Shown: one piece after another, positions 27,643-32,000 of the stretch
Layout of the letters: each line of letters begins with the position of its first letter
Position numbering within the stretch: the first letter of the stretch is position 1
Sequence record: CM120771.1
DNA: 32,000 nucleotides
Strand: one strand, 5' to 3'
Position numbers and translations under genes: made by a program
The notes under the pieces: model-generated
What the model was told of the DNA's origin: nothing
The model's database searches: none
The model's input: the letters and a program-made list of their open reading frames with translations, nothing else

Positions 27643-30312
27643 ATGTTAAACAATCCCTTAAATACTAATCCAATAAAAGATAATATAGATAATTATCAAA
27701 ATTTAGTTAGTCAAATTAATATCTTAGAAGATAGAGTTAAAATCTTAACTGATAGTGAATTAAGGGCTAAAAGCTTGACATTAAAAAAGCAATATGAAAC
27801 AATGCAAGACTTAATGGCGTTAATTGCAGAATCTTTTGCAATTGCACGGGAAGCAAGCTACCGAACGTTAGGACTAAGGCATTTTGATGTTCAATTATTG
27901 GGTGGACTTGTCTTGAATGATAACAAAATTGCAGAAATGAAAACTGGTGAAGGGAAAACACTTGTTGCAACTTTACCAGGATTTTTAAATGCGTTAACAA
28001 AAAAAGGGGTTCATATTGTTACAGTAAACGATTATTTAGCTAATCGTGATCAGGTGTCAATGGGTCAAATTTATAAATTTTTAGGATTAAATACCGGATT
28101 AATTCAAGAAGGAATGTCAACTGTTGAACGAAAAAAGAATTATGCAGCTGATATAACTTATGTAACAAATTATGAAGTTGCATTTGATTTTCTTCGAGAT
28201 AATATGGCATTGAATACAAATGATCTTGTTTTAAGACCTTTTAATTATTGTATTATTGATGAGGTTGATTCAATTTTAATTGATGAAGCTCAAACACCTT
28301 TAATTATATCAAATAATATTTTAACATCAGTTGAAAAATATATTGTTGCTGCCGAAATTACAGAATACTTAGAGTTAAAGACTCATTATCAAATTGATGA
28401 AAAAAATAAAAATGTTATCTTAACTAATGAAGGTAGTAAACAAATTGAACATATTTTAAAAATTAAAGATTTATATGATATACAAGACCCTTGGATACCG
28501 TATATCATTAATGCAATTAAAGCAAAAGCGCTTTATTTTAATAACGTTCATTATATTATTCAGAATAATCGAATAATTATTGTAGATGAATTTACAGGAC
28601 GTATTATGCCAGATCGTCGATGGGGGGATGGCTTACATCAGGCAATAGAAGCAAAAGAAAATTTGCCAATTCGTCAAAAGACAGAAACTGTAGCAACTAT
28701 AACATATCAAAATTTCTTTTTATTGTATCCTAAATTGTCAGGAATGACTGGGACTGGCAAAACAGCAGAAATTGAGTTTGAGAAAATTTATAATTTATCT
28801 GTGAAAAATATTCCAACGGCACGACCAACTCAAAGAAAAGATTTACCAGATTTAATTTATAAAGATCAATTTTCAAAATGGAATGCAATTGCTAAAACGT
28901 GTAATCAAATTCATGCAACAGGTCAACCTATTTTAATTGGAACAACTACCGTTGAAAAATCGGAGATGTTAGCCCAATTATTAAGTGAGTATAACTTATC
29001 TTATCAAATTTTAAATGCAAAACCAGAGAATGTCAGAAGAGAATCTGAAATCGTTGCACAAGCTGGAAAAAAAAACAGCATAACCATTGCTACTAATATG
29101 GCTGGTCGAGGTACAGATATTATCCTAGGTGGTAATATTACATTCAAAATTCAGAAAAAATTATATGATATTCTAACATTAGCTAAAAACTTTAAACTCT
29201 CAAAACAAAAAAATTTCCTAGAATCAAAAATTTTAACTCAGTTTAAAGGAAGTTCTCAAAGATTCTTAAGTGTTCTGTTATCACTACTAAATAATAGTAA
29301 CTTTATGAAATTATCAGATCTTGATATTCTTCGACTTTTACAAGAAAATGATAGAGTTTCTATTGCAGTTTTTTCTTATCAATCTTCTATTCGATTTTTA
29401 ATAAACGAATTAGTTTTATTTAATAAAAAGTTTCAATCACAAGAAAATAAAATTGTTAAAAATTTAGGTGGATTATATATTATTGGAACTGAACGTAATG
29501 ATTCAAGACGAGTTGATAATCAATTACGAGGAAGATGTGGACGACAAGGTGATCCGGGTACTTCAAGATTTTTTTTAAGCTTAGATGATAATTTATTACG
29601 TCTTTTTGGCGGTCCTCGAATCCAAAAGTTAATGCAAAGTCAACTTCCTGATGATTCGCCTTTAGAATCAAACTTAATCACAAGAAGTTTAGATTCAGCA
29701 CAGGCACGTGTAGAAGAAAGAGCTTATCAACAAAGGAAAAATTTATTTGACTACGATGACGTCTTAAATAAACAACGAAATATTATTTATTCTGAAAGAA
29801 GACGTATTTTGGAGAGTCTTTCAGTAAAAAAAAATATTTTGGCTTATGGAGAACAAATTATTACTGATCTTCTTTTAGAATTTGAGAAAAATCAATTTTC
29901 TAAAAAAAAGCTACTTTCCTTAATTGAAAATTTATTTGGACGAAATTTAATTTTAACGCAGATTCAAGATACAGATTCTGTTCTAAACAAGTTTGATTTA
30001 TATGAATTAAAATTGTATTTATTTGAAGAATTTTGGTTAACTTATCAATTAAAAATAATGGAATTATCTGTTTATGGAGATGGGGTTATTGAAAATTTAG
30101 AACGTAGTATAATTTTAATTAATACTGATAAAATTTGGCGTGAACATCTACAGAAAATGACTTTATTGCGTGAATTTGTTGGATGGCGAGGATATGGCCA
30201 ACGAAACCCATTATTTGAGTATAGACAAGAAGCATATGCTATGTTCCAAACTCGGGAAAAATTATTACGACACTTAGTAGTTTATGATTTATTAAGATCA
30301 TCAATCTTATAG
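27643..30312 (+). CDS. secA: preprotein translocase ATPase SecA
   Basis: 889-aa ORF with MKTGEGKTLVATLP (Walker A), IIDEVDSILIDEAQTPLIIS, TNMAGRGTDI and LRGRCGRQGDPG. Confidence 0.96.
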   Translation: MLNNPLNTNPIKDNIDNYQNLVSQINILEDRVKILTDSELRAKSLTLKKQYETMQDLMALIAESFAIAREASYRTLGLRHFDVQLLGGLVLNDNKIAEMKTGEGKTLVATLPGFLNALTKKGVHIVTVNDYLANRDQVSMGQIYKFLGLNTGLIQEGMSTVERKKNYAADITYVTNYEVAFDFLRDNMALNTNDLVLRPFNYCIIDEVDSILIDEAQTPLIISNNILTSVEKYIVAAEITEYLELKTHYQIDEKNKNVILTNEGSKQIEHILKIKDLYDIQDPWIPYIINAIKAKALYFNNVHYIIQNNRIIIVDEFTGRIMPDRRWGDGLHQAIEAKENLPIRQKTETVATITYQNFFLLYPKLSGMTGTGKTAEIEFEKIYNLSVKNIPTARPTQRKDLPDLIYKDQFSKWNAIAKTCNQIHATGQPILIGTTTVEKSEMLAQLLSEYNLSYQILNAKPENVRRESEIVAQAGKKNSITIATNMAGRGTDIILGGNITFKIQKKLYDILTLAKNFKLSKQKNFLESKILTQFKGSSQRFLSVLLSLLNNSNFMKLSDLDILRLLQENDRVSIAVFSYQSSIRFLINELVLFNKKFQSQENKIVKNLGGLYIIGTERNDSRRVDNQLRGRCGRQGDPGTSRFFLSLDDNLLRLFGGPRIQKLMQSQLPDDSPLESNLITRSLDSAQARVEERAYQQRKNLFDYDDVLNKQRNIIYSERRRILESLSVKKNILAYGEQIITDLLLEFEKNQFSKKKLLSLIENLFGRNLILTQIQDTDSVLNKFDLYELKLYLFEEFWLTYQLKIMELSVYGDGVIENLERSIILINTDKIWREHLQKMTLLREFVGWRGYGQRNPLFEYRQEAYAMFQTREKLLRHLVVYDLLRSSIL

Positions 30313-30340
30313 ATAAAAAATTAAAATTAATTCAATTTTT

Positions 30341-30487
30341 ATGGCAAAAAGAACACTTTCAAATAAAGGTCGTTATTCAGTATTGAAAGTTTCAGGTTTT
30401 CGAGCTCGAATGTCGACTCCTCAAGGTAGAAAAACAATTCGCAATCGACGAAAAAAAGGACGAAAAATCTTAACATTGCAGAAATAA
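30341..30487 (+). CDS. rpl34: 50S ribosomal protein L34
   Basis: Hand-translated 48-aa [51 protein letters not shown]. Confidence 0.9.
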   Translation: MAKRTLSNKGRYSVLKVSGFRARMSTPQGRKTIRNRRKKGRKILTLQK

Positions 30488-30604
30488 ATTTGTTATTCTT
30501 AATTATTAGAGTGAGTTAGTTTAATTCCTCTAATAATAAATAATTTTTTATTTAAAGTTAATATAATACTAAGTTAAAAAACTACCTTTTTTAATAATTA
30601 CTCT

Positions 30605-32000
30605 ATGAAATTTAATGATGAATTGGCTCTTTTTTTAAAAGCTCGTTATCCAATAATCTATATTAATACCATTGAAGAAGATCGAGTTGAATATGTAATT
30701 CGAAAAAACATTAAAACTAACTTAAATCGTAGTATGTATAGCTGGGATTTTGTGGATGGCTATACAAATAATCCAAATAATGAAGGGTTTGCAAAACGAA
30801 ATCCTTTGCAAGCTTTAGAACTTGTAGAACGATTGAATGCTGAAACTCCAGCATTATTTTTATTAAAAGATTTTAACCGATTTTTGACAGATCTTTCCAT
30901 TTCACGAAAATTAAGAAATGTTAGTCGAATTCTGAAATTACAACCAAAGACTATTATTATTATTGGTTCAGATTTAACTATTCCTAGAGAATTACAAGAT
31001 TTAGTTACTGTTTTACAATTCCAATTACCATTAGAGAATGAAATTAACCAAGAATTAAATCGATTAGTAACATCTTTAAATATTAAGATTGAGCCTCAAT
31101 TATTCGAGACTCTTACTAGAGCATGTCAAGGCCTTTCTTTAGAAAGGATTAGACGTGTGTTATCAAAAATTATTGCAACTTATAAAACCATTGATGAGAA
31201 GAGCATTTCTGTGTTGCTTAGCGAAAAAAAACAAATTATAAGTCAAACCGAAATCTTAGAGTATGCATCAGTAAATGAAAATATTGCAAATTTAGGGGGT
31301 TTAGATAACTTAAAGAGTTGGTTAAAAAAGAGAAAAACAGCATTTAGTATACAAGCTTCAAAATATGGTTTACCGACACCCCGTGGATTATTATTAGTTG
31401 GAATCCAAGGAACTGGAAAATCTTTAGCTGCTAAGGCTATTGCGACTGATTGGCAATTACCATTATTAAAATTAGATGTAGGTAAATTATTTGGTGGTAT
31501 AGTTGGAGAATCAGAATCACGTCTTCGTCAAATGATAAACGTTGCTGAAACTATTTCTCCATGTATTCTTTGGATTGATGAAATTGATAAAGCATTTAGT
31601 AATACAGAAAGTCGTGGGGATAGTGGAACTAGTAATCGAGTATTGGCTACTTTTATTAGTTGGTTATCTGAGAAGACTAAACCTGTTTTTGTAATTGCTA
31701 CTGCTAATAATATTGATCTTTTACCGTTAGAAATTATTCGAAAAGGGCGATTCGATGAAATATTTTTCTTAAATTTACCTCAAAGAGAAGAACGCGAAGA
31801 AATTTTTAAAATTCATCTTCAAGAGTTTCGACCCAAAACGTGGACATCTTTCGATTATCCTAAATTAGCTCAAGCATCAGAATCATTTTCGGGTGCAGAA
31901 ATTCGTCAAAGTATTATTGAAGGTATGTATCAAGCATTTTATGAAAAGCGTGAGTTTACAACCACAGATATTTGTATAGCGTTAAATGATTTAATTCCAT
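30605..32000 (+). CDS. ycf46: Ycf46, AAA+ ATPase (5' part, runs off window)
   Basis: The frame is open from the ATG at 30605 to the window end. It starts MKFNDELALFLKARYPIIYINT, with Walker A GIQGTGKS and Walker B ILWIDEID. It has no stop in the window, so it is absent from the ORF track. Confidence 0.9.
   Translation, partial: MKFNDELALFLKARYPIIYINTIEEDRVEYVIRKNIKTNLNRSMYSWDFVDGYTNNPNNEGFAKRNPLQALELVERLNAETPALFLLKDFNRFLTDLSISRKLRNVSRILKLQPKTIIIIGSDLTIPRELQDLVTVLQFQLPLENEINQELNRLVTSLNIKIEPQLFETLTRACQGLSLERIRRVLSKIIATYKTIDEKSISVLLSEKKQIISQTEILEYASVNENIANLGGLDNLKSWLKKRKTAFSIQASKYGLPTPRGLLLVGIQGTGKSLAAKAIATDWQLPLLKLDVGKLFGGIVGESESRLRQMINVAETISPCILWIDEIDKAFSNTESRGDSGTSNRVLATFISWLSEKTKPVFVIATANNIDLLPLEIIRKGRFDEIFFLNLPQREEREEIFKIHLQEFRPKTWTSFDYPKLAQASESFSGAEIRQSIIEGMYQAFYEKREFTTTDICIALNDLIP

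Overview
This strongly AT-rich, densely packed window has prokaryote-style genes whose content and order identify it as a red-algal-type plastid genome segment (a rhodophyte, or a red-derived secondary plastid). Positions 1-14976 (+ strand) hold the plastid ribosomal-protein supercluster: rpl23 (3' end), rpl2, rps19, an orphan ORF, rpl22, rps3, rpl16, rpl29, rps17, rpl14, rpl24, rpl5, rps8, rpl6, rpl18, rps5, secY, rpl36, rps13, rps11, rpoA, rpl13, rps9, rpl31, rps12, rps7, tufA and rps10. rpoA is split by a 729-nt ORF-less group II intron, supported by a 5' GUGCG, a canonical domain V, EBS1/IBS1 and EBS2/IBS2 pairings and a branch-point A. A gene-poor 1.4-kb stretch follows. After it come ccsA(-), rps6, trnN(GUU), thiG, psaC(-), psbY(-), clpC(-), trnC(GCA) and trnL(UAA). 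A second low-density accessory region (22.6-25.6 kb) contains ycf35(-) and several orphan small ORFs. The window ends with rpl32, trnL(UAG), rbcR/ycf30, rpl21, rpl27, secA, rpl34 and the 5' part of ycf46. I saw no rRNA genes, CRISPR arrays, transposases or integrases. The points most worth a second look are the rpoA intron, the 168-codon orphan ORF wedged between rps19 and rpl22, and the two gene-poor islands. Those islands carry Cys-rich orphan ORFs, a frameshifted ORF, long perfect hairpins, less AT-rich ORF-free segments that could be structured RNAs, and a 13-nt match to the canonical tmRNA resume-codon context. All calls come from reading the sequence and recalling protein families; no database search was run.
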